A DNA stretch of 64,000 bases, from positions 14,062 through 78,061 of IMG/VR virus record IMGVR_UViG_3300046786_000272; one strand, written 5' to 3'. Of this stretch, positions 38,574-47,542 are shown piece by piece (within the stretch, counting starts at the first letter, position 1; each line of letters starts with the position of its first letter). The notes below the pieces were generated by a model that was not told the DNA's origin, did no database searches, and saw nothing but the letters and a program-made list of their open reading frames with translations. The translations under genes were made by a program, and so were the position numbers. The stretch is from a virus (lineage: Duplodnaviria; Heunggongvirae; Uroviricota; Caudoviricetes).

Positions 38574-38813
38574 ATGTCCGAAGCCCGCGACTTGAATAAC
38601 ATCAAGTTCATCCAAGAAACTCTTGCCGATACAGGTCCTGCAGGATTTCGTTCCTGGTATAATAAGCAAGAAGTATACATTCAGGAATATGTTGTAAATT
38701 TACTACAAATGTATTCAATTGAGATCCAAGACTTGGCTCAATCGTTGTCAGGTTCCGTTCAGGAAGCGTCTGACGTACTCGATAAATTTCGCCTTAACAC
38801 ATCCAAAACTTGA
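38574..38813 (+). CDS. hypothetical protein (79 aa)
   Basis: ORF. Confidence 0.45.
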   Translation: MSEARDLNNIKFIQETLADTGPAGFRSWYNKQEVYIQEYVVNLLQMYSIEIQDLAQSLSGSVQEASDVLDKFRLNTSKT

Positions 38814-38838
38814 CAATAAATGGGTTTGGGTATATAAT
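38810..38838 (+). promoter_or_regulatory. repeated early-type promoter P1: TTGACAATAAATGGGTTTGGGTATATAAT
   Basis: TTGACA 38810-15, 17-nt spacer, TATAAT 38833-38; ATG at 38871. Confidence 0.6.
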
Positions 38839-38870
38839 CATTACATAGACAGTTAACTAAAGGACTCGAA

Positions 38871-39143
38871 ATGTCAGCACTCACAGAATACACCCTGGAA
38901 ATCTACAAACAAGACAAGCGTACTAAGGAAGGCAAACGACTGATTGCCAAGCAAGATTTTGCTCCTAGTACTAAAGACTACATTAATGCAGTAGTTGAAG
39001 GTAAGCGTCGGTTGGGTTTCATTGTTGAAGTTTTTGAGACTTTCGTGACCCGCAAAAACACAATGTCAGGTCGTGATTTCCAAGAGCGTTACGACACTCC
39101 ATATTTTTGCTCTCCTTCTAGCGAATCCTACTGGTCAATGTGA
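38871..39143 (+). CDS. hypothetical protein (90 aa)
   Basis: Own promoter P1; ORF. Confidence 0.55.
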   Translation: MSALTEYTLEIYKQDKRTKEGKRLIAKQDFAPSTKDYINAVVEGKRRLGFIVEVFETFVTRKNTMSGRDFQERYDTPYFCSPSSESYWSM

Positions 39144-39144
39144 T

Positions 39145-39173
39145 TTGACAATAAATGGTTTTGGTGCTATAAT
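39145..39173 (+). promoter_or_regulatory. repeated early-type promoter P2: TTGACAATAAATGGTTTTGGTGCTATAAT plus conserved leader AGAATCTTAGACAGTTAGATAAAGGA
   Basis: TTGACA 39145-50, TATAAT 39168-73; ATG at 39207. Confidence 0.6.
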
Positions 39174-39206
39174 AGAATCTTAGACAGTTAGATAAAGGAA
39201 TACACG

Positions 39207-39953
39207 ATGCCTGGATTTGTTGACGTTAGCGGTATGACATACGAACAAGTGCGCCGCATGGGTCATGCTGATGACTACGATGCTCCCACTCGCAACCCAT
39301 ACGCATATCGCAAACCCGCATTTGGTGCTTCTAAGGTTACTATGTCATTCAATGCCGATGACGTGTGGGCAGTAGCATGTGCGGCATTCAGAATCAATGG
39401 TTCGTATGTCAAAGCTATTGCACCCGGTACTACACAAAAGACCAATCGTCAAATTGCTGAGGAACTGTTGAAAGACCAATCATTGGTAACTAGCGATGAC
39501 CGTGCGAAGGGTCAACTGGCTCGTCAATACTACAAAGGTCTCACATTCAAAGTAATTGAAGGCAAAACTCTCAACGACTTTAATAAGAATGCAATGGAGA
39601 TTGCAAGTCTTGAGACTATCACTACAACCTATCAACTTGCAATTATTGTTAGTTTGCCAGCATCTTATGAAAAGTCTAGTAAGCGTGATGACGTTGATCG
39701 CCGTATCAATTTTGCACGTGGCGGATATGTAGGTGTTGTAGGTGAGAAAGTCTCGCTTAACATTGAAGTACTCAAACAATTGTGGAGCGAGAAATATAAC
39801 ACATGGTACTTGACCGGTATCACTACCGAGGATCAAGTTGTGTTCTTTGCTTGCAGAGAGAATTTTGATATTGGTACACATCTCACTATCACAGGCTCTG
39901 TTAAGGGACAACGTGAAACTTCAACTCAACTCAACCGTGTAAAGGTAATCTAA
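39207..39953 (+). CDS. hypothetical protein (248 aa)
   Basis: Own promoter P2; ORF. Confidence 0.55.
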   Translation: MPGFVDVSGMTYEQVRRMGHADDYDAPTRNPYAYRKPAFGASKVTMSFNADDVWAVACAAFRINGSYVKAIAPGTTQKTNRQIAEELLKDQSLVTSDDRAKGQLARQYYKGLTFKVIEGKTLNDFNKNAMEIASLETITTTYQLAIIVSLPASYEKSSKRDDVDRRINFARGGYVGVVGEKVSLNIEVLKQLWSEKYNTWYLTGITTEDQVVFFACRENFDIGTHLTITGSVKGQRETSTQLNRVKVI

Positions 39954-39954
39954 A

Positions 39955-40080
39955 ATGAATTTTATTTATGGCGTAGTATTTGGTATTGTTATCGCTACAG
40001 TTGGCTTTAGCGGCATCGCTAAAATGGCTGACAAAGGTGTTGACAAAGTTAAAGAAGTTACCCTTGAACAAGTCAAGTGA
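39955..40080 (+). CDS. possible small membrane protein (41 aa), not in ORF track
   Basis: TAAAATG junction; hydrophobic FIYGVVFGIVIATVGFSGIA. Confidence 0.25.
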   Translation: MNFIYGVVFGIVIATVGFSGIAKMADKGVDKVKEVTLEQVK

Positions 40081-40109
40081 AATTTAAACGTAAGCAACTG
40101 GAGGATAAA

Positions 40110-40520
40110 ATGGGTCTAGATATGTACGCATACGTTGGTCGTCCCGGTCAACGTGACGAATTCTATGAGAAGGCTGAATGGAACGAAGATACTAAAGAGT
40201 TTGATAGTCCGATTTCAAAGCCTGTTGAAATTGCTTACTGGCGCAAGCATCCTTCACTTCATGGTTGGATGGAACAACTTTGGCAGAAGAAAAATCCTGA
40301 GGATATGTCTACTTTCAACGGCATTGAACTTGAACTAACTTGGGAAGACGTTGACGAACTTGAACAAACAGTAGTTCACGGACAACTACCGTTCACTGAA
40401 GGTTTCTTCTTTGGTAAGCCTGCAGATAATGTTTACTACCATGAAGACCTCAAGTTTTGCCTTGAAGCTAAAGCAGAATTGTTCTTGGGCAACAAAGTCT
40501 TTTACAACAGTAGCTGGTAA
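40110..40520 (+). CDS. hypothetical protein (136 aa)
   Basis: GGAGGATAAAATG RBS; in frame with listed ORF 40077..40520. Confidence 0.55.
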   Translation: MGLDMYAYVGRPGQRDEFYEKAEWNEDTKEFDSPISKPVEIAYWRKHPSLHGWMEQLWQKKNPEDMSTFNGIELELTWEDVDELEQTVVHGQLPFTEGFFFGKPADNVYYHEDLKFCLEAKAELFLGNKVFYNSSW

Positions 40521-40523
40521 TGT

Positions 40524-40853
40524 ATGAGACTAATGTTAGGCACAAAAGAACGTCCAAGTTTACTCGTCAATGTTGGGCAAGAGTATAGTCCCACTCACTT
40601 TGACTTTTGGGTAGTCAATGGTGCATGGGATGGAACATTCTATAATGGATATGTGACTGTGCATCATCCTTATAATCCACATTCTAGTCTTGACAAGATT
40701 GAGATACTGTGCGATAATCAAGATAGGTTACGATGTAATGATTGGAGTGGTGGTTACCAAGAAGTGTTCGATAACTTCCATGATGAAAGTTATGTTGCAC
40801 CTAAGCCCAAGCCAGTAGTATTTGATGACATGGATGATGATATCCCTTTTTAA
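40524..40853 (+). CDS. hypothetical protein ending in the SSB C-terminal-tip-like motif DDMDDDIPF
   Basis: Last codons gat gac atg gat gat gat atc cct ttt taa (40824..40853); body (109 aa) is not an obvious OB fold. Confidence 0.5.
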   Translation: MRLMLGTKERPSLLVNVGQEYSPTHFDFWVVNGAWDGTFYNGYVTVHHPYNPHSSLDKIEILCDNQDRLRCNDWSGGYQEVFDNFHDESYVAPKPKPVVFDDMDDDIPF

Positions 40854-40960
40854 ACTATGTACATTACAAACAAATACGATTCAATCAAACTACCTTATAG
40901 TGAAGAACTACTAGAGTGGTTGATTGAGAATTATCCCTTTTCAAAATATAGAGTAGTAGA

Positions 40961-41314
40961 ATGAGCGGCTATCACATGATCCTTCAAATTGAACGATTAA
41001 AAGAGACAGCAGACAAACTTGGTTTCATGCTTTGCTATCCACGTGCTGGATGGGGACAAGAGCACGGTGACCTAGTTGCGATCAAGCCTAAGGACAAAGA
41101 TGCATTGCCTATCTATGCACGTGATGCACAATTCTTTACTGGTACTATTGATGAAATGATGTCCTTCTTTCGTGGTATTGAATGGGCCCGTCAATATGAC
41201 GAAATGCTCCGAGTGTCCACAGACGTAAAACGTGAGCGCAAGGAACAGGATGTTCGTAATAAACAAATGGTTGCAATATTGATGGATGAAAAAGTTCCTG
41301 AGATTACAACCTAA
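40961..41314 (+). CDS. hypothetical protein (117 aa)
   Basis: ORF. Confidence 0.5.
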   Translation: MSGYHMILQIERLKETADKLGFMLCYPRAGWGQEHGDLVAIKPKDKDALPIYARDAQFFTGTIDEMMSFFRGIEWARQYDEMLRVSTDVKRERKEQDVRNKQMVAILMDEKVPEITT

Positions 41315-41325
41315 GTAAATAGCGT

Positions 41326-41523
41326 ATGCTTAAAAACTCTATTATTATAATTCTTTCTATCATGGTTGTACTGTTCTGGCTCAAGGACGATTCAGATGAT
41401 GAATTTGATCCGGAAGGAGTTATCATTGAATACAACTGCCGCTCAATAGATGAGTATGAAAGTGTGCCACCTGAGGTTTTGGATGAGTGTCGTATACGCG
41501 GCTTGTTGACTGTAAGGAAATAA
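41326..41523 (+). CDS. hypothetical protein with N-terminal TM segment (65 aa)
   Basis: IIIILSIMVVLFWL hydrophobic N-terminus. Confidence 0.4.
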   Translation: MLKNSIIIILSIMVVLFWLKDDSDDEFDPEGVIIEYNCRSIDEYESVPPEVLDECRIRGLLTVRK

Positions 41524-41524
41524 A

Positions 41525-42004
41525 ATGACTATTCTATATCGCATTAAACCCGCAGATAAAAAATCTGTTGAGGCATTCTATGACGTATACAAAAAAATGC
41601 CTGATGGCTCTACTAAAGGATGGAATGTAACTGAACTATATCGTTGGGGACAAGGGTTCGTTGAAGGTGAAGACGAATTACCATATAGTGATGACAGATA
41701 TCATAGTGTCGATCCTACTATTGGTTGGGGGTGTGAACTTGATGACCTCTGTGCTGTAGATTTTGAATTTGATGATAGTTTCACGGACGAAGAAAAAGCT
41801 GAAATTGAACAAGCATGGGAAGACGGTGGTGCAGGTTGGCTCTATGATGGTGACCATGATTGGCTAGTAGAAGACGATAGTGTTACTATTTTAGGACCCT
41901 TTGTGGTTGACAAAATTGACGAAAACGTGTATAATGAGTCTATTGAAGTAATTGAATTGAAACCCAGACCCCCACGTGACAAAACTAGTGCGTGGCCCTT
42001 CTAA
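41525..42004 (+). CDS. highly acidic Trp-rich protein (159 aa)
   Basis: D/E-rich (..ELDDLCAVDFEFDDSFTDEEKAEIEQAWEDGGAGWLYDGDHDWLVEDD..). Confidence 0.5.
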   Translation: MTILYRIKPADKKSVEAFYDVYKKMPDGSTKGWNVTELYRWGQGFVEGEDELPYSDDRYHSVDPTIGWGCELDDLCAVDFEFDDSFTDEEKAEIEQAWEDGGAGWLYDGDHDWLVEDDSVTILGPFVVDKIDENVYNESIEVIELKPRPPRDKTSAWPF

Positions 42005-42012
42005 GGATTAAA

Positions 42013-43362
42013 ATGTCAGCAAGTTGGATTAATAAACTAAACGAATCAGATGGTCGTCTTCACAAGGAAGATGTACTCAAACAAGCCCTTGAAGCCGCTA
42101 CTCTTGGTAGCACAAATTCGCAAGTCTTTCTAGGTCTATTGAAAGCATGTTACAATCCTTACGTAACATTTGGTGTCAAAAAGATTCCTGACACTGTAGG
42201 TATAGTTGGCGCTGAGAACCCTTGGCAGGCATTTAACGAACTTCTCGTTCAACTTTCTCAGCGCCAACTTACTGGTCACGCCGCACGTGATGCAATTCAA
42301 GAAATGGCAGAACAGTTTGATAGTGATGAATGGAATACATTCTGTGCCCCTGTCATGCGCCGAGACATGCGGGCTGGTATCTCGTCAACTACTATCAACA
42401 AAATCTGTAAAAAGACAGAATACGAAATCCCAATCTTTGGTTGCCAACTTGCAACTAACAGTGAAGGTCGTCCTGAAATGAAGGGTACTAAGCGACTTGA
42501 GCCTAAACTAGACGGTGTTCGTGCGTTGTTCACTGTTATCCCTAGCGACTTCGGTGGTGTCACTGTTGTTTGCTATAGCCGTAATGGTAAAGTGTTTGAA
42601 AACTTTACTCACATTGAAGAACAAATTAGTGAGAATTTTACTAAACTAGTTCGTGCGTGTAACGGTACTGACCAAGGTCGTAGCCTCACTGATGGTTTTG
42701 TACTTGACGGTGAAGTGATTGGTAATACATTCCAAGAACTTATGCGACAAGCACGCCGTAAGACTGACGCACAGGCAGATGATAGTGTGCTAAACATTTT
42801 TGACATTATCCCTCTTGCTGATTTCCGTCGAGGTCATTGGAATGCTCAACTGAAAAAGCGTATCGCATTGCTTGATGCTATTCGCCCTGTTATTGACACT
42901 ATGCCCAACGTTGAACTGTTGCCTCACATCATGGTTGATCTTGACACTGCCGCAGGTAAGGATCAACTTGAGCGTTATGCTAAGGATAATGTAAACGCAG
43001 GGTTCGAAGGCATTATGATTAAGAACATGGATGCCCCATATCAGTGCAAGCGTAGCACTGACTGGATGAAGTGGAAGCCAACAATTACTGTAGACTTGGA
43101 GGTCGTAGGTGTTGAAGAAGGTACTGGACGTAATATCGGACGCTTGGGAGCACTTGTGTGTGCAGGTGTTGATGACGGAAAGGAGATTTCCGTCAATGTT
43201 GGTAGTGGTTTCTCTGATGGTGATCGAGATGACTATTGGATTAACCGCAATTTGGTTATTGGTAGAACTGCTGAGGTCTTGTGTGATGTGATTACACAGA
43301 ACCAAGATGGTACTTACAGTCTGCGCTTCCCTCGCTTTGTTCGTTTTAGGGATGACAAATGA
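42013..43362 (+). CDS. ATP-dependent DNA ligase
   Basis: KLDGVR adenylation motif (KxDG); about 450 aa; AAGGATTAAAATG RBS favours the 42013 start over the listed 41992. Confidence 0.8.
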   Translation: MSASWINKLNESDGRLHKEDVLKQALEAATLGSTNSQVFLGLLKACYNPYVTFGVKKIPDTVGIVGAENPWQAFNELLVQLSQRQLTGHAARDAIQEMAEQFDSDEWNTFCAPVMRRDMRAGISSTTINKICKKTEYEIPIFGCQLATNSEGRPEMKGTKRLEPKLDGVRALFTVIPSDFGGVTVVCYSRNGKVFENFTHIEEQISENFTKLVRACNGTDQGRSLTDGFVLDGEVIGNTFQELMRQARRKTDAQADDSVLNIFDIIPLADFRRGHWNAQLKKRIALLDAIRPVIDTMPNVELLPHIMVDLDTAAGKDQLERYAKDNVNAGFEGIMIKNMDAPYQCKRSTDWMKWKPTITVDLEVVGVEEGTGRNIGRLGALVCAGVDDGKEISVNVGSGFSDGDRDDYWINRNLVIGRTAEVLCDVITQNQDGTYSLRFPRFVRFRDDK

Positions 43363-43634
43363 ATGAGCGAATTAAACAACTAGTAAAGAAAGCGGGCGGT
43401 CATTTTCAAACGCACAATTTAGCAAGTAATCCGGTACAATATCGTGAGTCCATTGAGTTATGGGATGATAGAATTGAAAAGTTTGCTAAGTTACTTGTCG
43501 AAGATGTGTTAAACGAAGTTAAAGAACGTGCGTATTATACAGGCGACAGAGACTGGAGTGACGAAGTAGATCGCCCTTGGATTCAGTTAGAGTTTGGGTA
43601 TGGTCCACTACAGGAGATGAAGAATGACAAATGA
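43359..43634 (+). CDS. hypothetical protein; paralogue of 43900..44100
   Basis: MNERIKQLVKKAGG...EKFAKLLVEDVL matches MNEKIKQLAEQAGM...EKFAELIVKEML. Confidence 0.5.
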   Translation: MNERIKQLVKKAGGHFQTHNLASNPVQYRESIELWDDRIEKFAKLLVEDVLNEVKERAYYTGDRDWSDEVDRPWIQLEFGYGPLQEMKNDK

Positions 43635-43730
43635 CCCAATGACAAATTATATGTGTGCGGCAATTGTTGCTGTAGGCTTTGGATATGTATTGTGGTTCTT
43701 TCACAAGTATTGTGTAATTAGGGATGACAA

Positions 43731-43898
43731 ATGATTCCCTACACTGACTATGAAAAACTACTCCTGCTCGAAGAACTTGAGCGTGGCGAAAAGGTTGTGT
43801 TACCCGTTAGTTTAGAACATGCTGAATGTATGCTTCGGCTTGCACAACTATACATCAATGAACACAGGAAAGAAATGCTTGACATTTTAAAGGCGTAA
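43731..43898 (+). CDS. possible small ORF (55 aa), not in ORF track
   Basis: Preceded by the same GGGATGACAAATGA junction as at 43349. Confidence 0.3.
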   Translation: MIPYTDYEKLLLLEELERGEKVVLPVSLEHAECMLRLAQLYINEHRKEMLDILKA

Positions 43899-43899
43899 T

Positions 43900-44100
43900 A
43901 TGAACGAAAAAATTAAACAACTTGCTGAACAGGCTGGTATGCACGATTTTGTCCTTGAAGCAATGGGCATTGGTGAAGAATTTGAAAAGTTCGCCGAGTT
44001 GATTGTCAAGGAAATGTTAGTGACTTGTGATGGACATCCTGCTTGGACTGGTCGTATGATCGGTGAACAGATTAAACAACATTTCGGAGTCAAAGAATGA
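43900..44100 (+). CDS. hypothetical protein; paralogue of 43359..43634
   Basis: See paralogue. Confidence 0.5.
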   Translation: MNEKIKQLAEQAGMHDFVLEAMGIGEEFEKFAELIVKEMLVTCDGHPAWTGRMIGEQIKQHFGVKE

Positions 44101-44256
44101 CAGACAAAGAATTTTTCCTACAATATAATATCAATTGGAAACAAGAGTACCAAAACTGGTATTCTTTTGTTGACACTATGACTGAATCTCTGTTAGAATC
44201 TAGTGATATGACAGAAGCAAAAGAAGTTATTGCTAGAGTCAAAAAACATATATAAA
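44097..44256 (+). CDS. possible small ORF (52 aa)
   Basis: ATGA overlap; followed by a terminator-like hairpin. Confidence 0.3.
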
Positions 44257-44282
44257 TTACTGTTTTTACAGGTATAAATAAT

Positions 44283-44326
44283 TCTATACAGTGCCCGTTT
44301 GGGGCTGTATAGAATCTTGCTTTTTT
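44283..44326 (+). terminator. rho-independent terminator-like hairpin (ttctatacag..ctgtatagaa) followed by a T-run
   Basis: 10-bp perfect arms around tgcccgtttgggg, then TCTTGCTTTTTT; lies just upstream of the dnaK RBS. Confidence 0.45.
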
Positions 44327-44339
44327 AAAGGAGAAAAAT

Positions 44340-46184
44340 ATGAGCAAAGTAATCGGTATCGACCTCGGTACAACCAATTCATGTGTAGCCGTTATTGAGA
44401 ACGGAATCCCCAAAGTTATTGAAAACAGTGAAGGTGCTAGAACTACACCCTCTATCGTTGCCTATGCAAACGATGAAATCTTAGTCGGTGCAAGTGCTAA
44501 ACGACAAGCTGTTACTAATCCAAAGAATACTATCTATGCGGCTAAACGTCTAATTGGACGTAAGTTCAAAGAAGACGCTGTACAAAAAGATATTGACTTG
44601 ATGCCCTACAAAATCGTTGAAGCAGGTAACGGTGATGCATGGGTTAAGGTAGGTGATAAGGATCTTGCACCTCCCGGCATCAGTGCAGAAGTCTTGCGTA
44701 AGATGAAAACAACCGCAGAAGATTATCTCGGCCATGAAGTTACTCAAGCTGTTATCACAGTTCCTGCATACTTTAACGATAGTCAACGTCAAGCAACTAA
44801 AGACGCAGGTAAGATTGCGGGTCTTGAAGTATTGCGTATTATTAATGAACCAACAGCGGCAGCATTGGCATATGGTGTTGACAAACAAGACAAGACAGAC
44901 CGCAAAGTTGCAGTCTATGACTTAGGTGGTGGTACATTTGACGTTTCTATCATTGAGATTGCTAACGTTGATGGTGAAAAACAAATTGAAGTACTATCTA
45001 CAAATGGTGATACATTCTTAGGTGGTGAAGACTTTGACCAACGCATCATGGATTTCTTGGTCGATGAATTCAAGAAAGAGTCAGGAGTTGACTTGAAGCA
45101 AGATATGCTTGCATTGCAACGACTGAAAGAAGCTAGTGAAAAAGCTAAGATTGAATTGTCTAGTTCTCAACAAACTAGCGTCAACTTGCCGTACATCACT
45201 GCTGATGCAACTGGTCCAAAGCACATGAACGTTAGTATCAATCGTGCAAAGCTAGAACAGTTGGTTGAAGAGTTGATTCAACGAAGTGTCGGACCTTGCA
45301 AAACAGCAATGAAAGATGCTGGTGTTAGTGCTAGTGATATTGACGAAGTTATCTTAGTCGGTGGTATGACACGTATGCCTAAGGTACAGGAGACAGTTGA
45401 AAAATTGTTTGGTAAGCAACCTCGCAAAGACGTTAACCCTGACGAAGCGGTTGCCGCAGGCGCCGCAATTCAAGGTGCAGTGTTGAGCGGTGATCGTAAA
45501 GACGTATTGTTGCTAGACGTTACTCCACTATCATTGGGTATCGAAACAATGGGCGGTGTAATGACTAAGTTGATTCAGAAGAATACAACTATCCCCACAA
45601 AGCATTCACAAGTGTTTAGTACCGCTGATGACAATCAACCTGCAGTTACTATTAAGGCTTATCAAGGTGAGCGTGAGTTTGTTCAACATAATAAGTTGTT
45701 GGGTGAGTTTAACTTGGAAGGTATTGCACCAGCACGCCGAGGCACACCTCAGATTGAAGTTACACTTGATATTGACGCAAACGGTATCATGCATGTATCA
45801 GCTAAAGACAAGAATACAGGCAAAGAAAACAAGATTACTATCAAGAGTAATAGTGGATTGACTGATGCAGAAATTGAGCAAATGATTAAAGATGCTGAAT
45901 TGAATGCAGAAGAAGATAAGAAGAAGCGTGAAATCGTAGAGACTAAAAACTCCGCTGAATCACAGATTCATTCTATCCGCAAAGACCTTGAAGAAACTAC
46001 TGTTTCCCAAGATGTTAAAGATAAGATTGAACAAGCTATTACAGAAGTTCAAACTGCTATCAGCACTGAGGATAAGGAACAGATTACCCAAAAGTTGAGC
46101 GAGTTGTTTGTTGCGGCACAACCATTAATGGAAGCTAAAAACAAACCTTCTGACGAAACGGTAGTTGATGCCGAAGTAGTATAA
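44340..46184 (+). CDS. dnaK: Molecular chaperone DnaK (Hsp70)
   Basis: [23 protein letters not shown], 614 aa, bacterial-DnaK-like throughout. Confidence 0.95.
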   Translation: MSKVIGIDLGTTNSCVAVIENGIPKVIENSEGARTTPSIVAYANDEILVGASAKRQAVTNPKNTIYAAKRLIGRKFKEDAVQKDIDLMPYKIVEAGNGDAWVKVGDKDLAPPGISAEVLRKMKTTAEDYLGHEVTQAVITVPAYFNDSQRQATKDAGKIAGLEVLRIINEPTAAALAYGVDKQDKTDRKVAVYDLGGGTFDVSIIEIANVDGEKQIEVLSTNGDTFLGGEDFDQRIMDFLVDEFKKESGVDLKQDMLALQRLKEASEKAKIELSSSQQTSVNLPYITADATGPKHMNVSINRAKLEQLVEELIQRSVGPCKTAMKDAGVSASDIDEVILVGGMTRMPKVQETVEKLFGKQPRKDVNPDEAVAAGAAIQGAVLSGDRKDVLLLDVTPLSLGIETMGGVMTKLIQKNTTIPTKHSQVFSTADDNQPAVTIKAYQGEREFVQHNKLLGEFNLEGIAPARRGTPQIEVTLDIDANGIMHVSAKDKNTGKENKITIKSNSGLTDAEIEQMIKDAELNAEEDKKKREIVETKNSAESQIHSIRKDLEETTVSQDVKDKIEQAITEVQTAISTEDKEQITQKLSELFVAAQPLMEAKNKPSDETVVDAEVV

Positions 46185-46245
46185 CCGTTATTGTTTACAA
46201 CGTTATCATGGTAGCGTACAATTAATATAATTAAAAGGAGCTACT

Positions 46246-46776
46246 ATGGTAACAATCGTTAAACATGAATGGCATCAACATGATCGCCAATATGCAATTG
46301 AGCTTGATGAACAATTGCTTCAAGAAATCTATCCCGATTTAGATGAGGATGAGATTGCACAGAAACTTGCAGACATTGAATCAGGTGAAGTTGACTACGA
46401 AGAAGTACTCAATGATGCATATGACAATGATGTAGAGATTGAGTGGGACTTTCAGTATGATGATTGTTGGACTGACCGTAAAGGTGGTTACGATGTTACA
46501 TACGAGCTAGGTGATGAATCTAGTTGGGTCACTCCTGATACTCCGCCTGAACCTACACACAAGTGTACCAAGTGTAAGTGGAAAGGTCAGGAATACGATG
46601 CTGAATGGCAGTGGGAAGACAGTGAAGGTAACGAATATGATGAAGCAAAACATGTTTGCCCTATGTGCGATTCAAAATTAGAATTAACTGAACATGGTGT
46701 TAGCGAAGAAAACGCTAAGAGGAAACGCATGGCAGAAATAGAAGCTATGTTTACCGAAGAAGAAGAGGAGAACTGA
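46246..46776 (+). CDS. highly acidic Trp-rich protein with CxxC..CxxC zinc ribbon (176 aa)
   Basis: D/E-rich; CTKCKW..CPMCDSK. Confidence 0.5.
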   Translation: MVTIVKHEWHQHDRQYAIELDEQLLQEIYPDLDEDEIAQKLADIESGEVDYEEVLNDAYDNDVEIEWDFQYDDCWTDRKGGYDVTYELGDESSWVTPDTPPEPTHKCTKCKWKGQEYDAEWQWEDSEGNEYDEAKHVCPMCDSKLELTEHGVSEENAKRKRMAEIEAMFTEEEEEN

Positions 46777-46777
46777 A

Positions 46778-47320
46778 ATGGCTGAATGGAGTGTAAAACC
46801 TACATGGAAGAAATCAATCTTAGAACGTAACTATCTACACAAAGATGGTCAAACGATAATGATTGAAACAGGTTGGCGTTGGGGTGAGTTTACTGTTTAT
46901 ACAGACGATGACACACCACCTAATCTAGAGGCAGGTGTAGATATCTATGACTGTGGATATGAAAGTGAATTAGTTGAAACAACTGATGGTTGCTGGGAAG
47001 AACACGACTTTGACGAGTGTGATGAAGAAACACAAGAATGGTTAGAAGAATTCTTTGACGAAGGTAACAGCTGGCTTGACCTAGAAGAACACGGTTGGCA
47101 TCAAGGTGACTGTGAAATGATTATTGACTGTGATATGGAAATCACACGAATGGACGGTGACGGAGACGAAGAACCTATCATTACTGGCATGCAGGATGAA
47201 GGTGAAGAAATCAAAGAAGCTTTGAAACTAGAGCCTAATGCTCAGTGGCCATTCTCAAACAGTGATTTTGTAGAAACTGCTAAGTGGCCCTTTGATAAAC
47301 CTAAAGAAGGTAGCAAATGA
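46778..47320 (+). CDS. highly acidic Trp/Cys-containing protein (180 aa)
   Basis: D/E-rich (..EEHDFDECDEETQEWLEEFFDEGNSWLDLEEHGW..). Confidence 0.5.
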   Translation: MAEWSVKPTWKKSILERNYLHKDGQTIMIETGWRWGEFTVYTDDDTPPNLEAGVDIYDCGYESELVETTDGCWEEHDFDECDEETQEWLEEFFDEGNSWLDLEEHGWHQGDCEMIIDCDMEITRMDGDGDEEPIITGMQDEGEEIKEALKLEPNAQWPFSNSDFVETAKWPFDKPKEGSK

Positions 47321-47532
47321 TTCCGAGTGAACTAGTCGGAAAATCATACACATTTGAAGATGGTAACAAGATTGAAGTAGTTCAAGTTAAGCTACGAGAC
47401 AGTGATTACGATGGATTAGTTCCGTGGGTCACTTATCATGTTACTCAAGGAAGAGGCATGCCACAGAAATTAGTGCTCCCTATCAGCGAGTTTGGTGCTG
47501 TATATGGTCACTTATTTGGCATGGAAGACTGA
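47317..47532 (+). CDS. hypothetical protein (71 aa)
   Basis: ATGA overlap. Confidence 0.45.
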   Translation: MIPSELVGKSYTFEDGNKIEVVQVKLRDSDYDGLVPWVTYHVTQGRGMPQKLVLPISEFGAVYGHLFGMED

Positions 47533-47542
47533 TAAATATAGA

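Noticed and set aside
42790-43305. Minus-strand 171-aa ORF inside the DNA ligase gene
   Set aside because: Shadow ORF.
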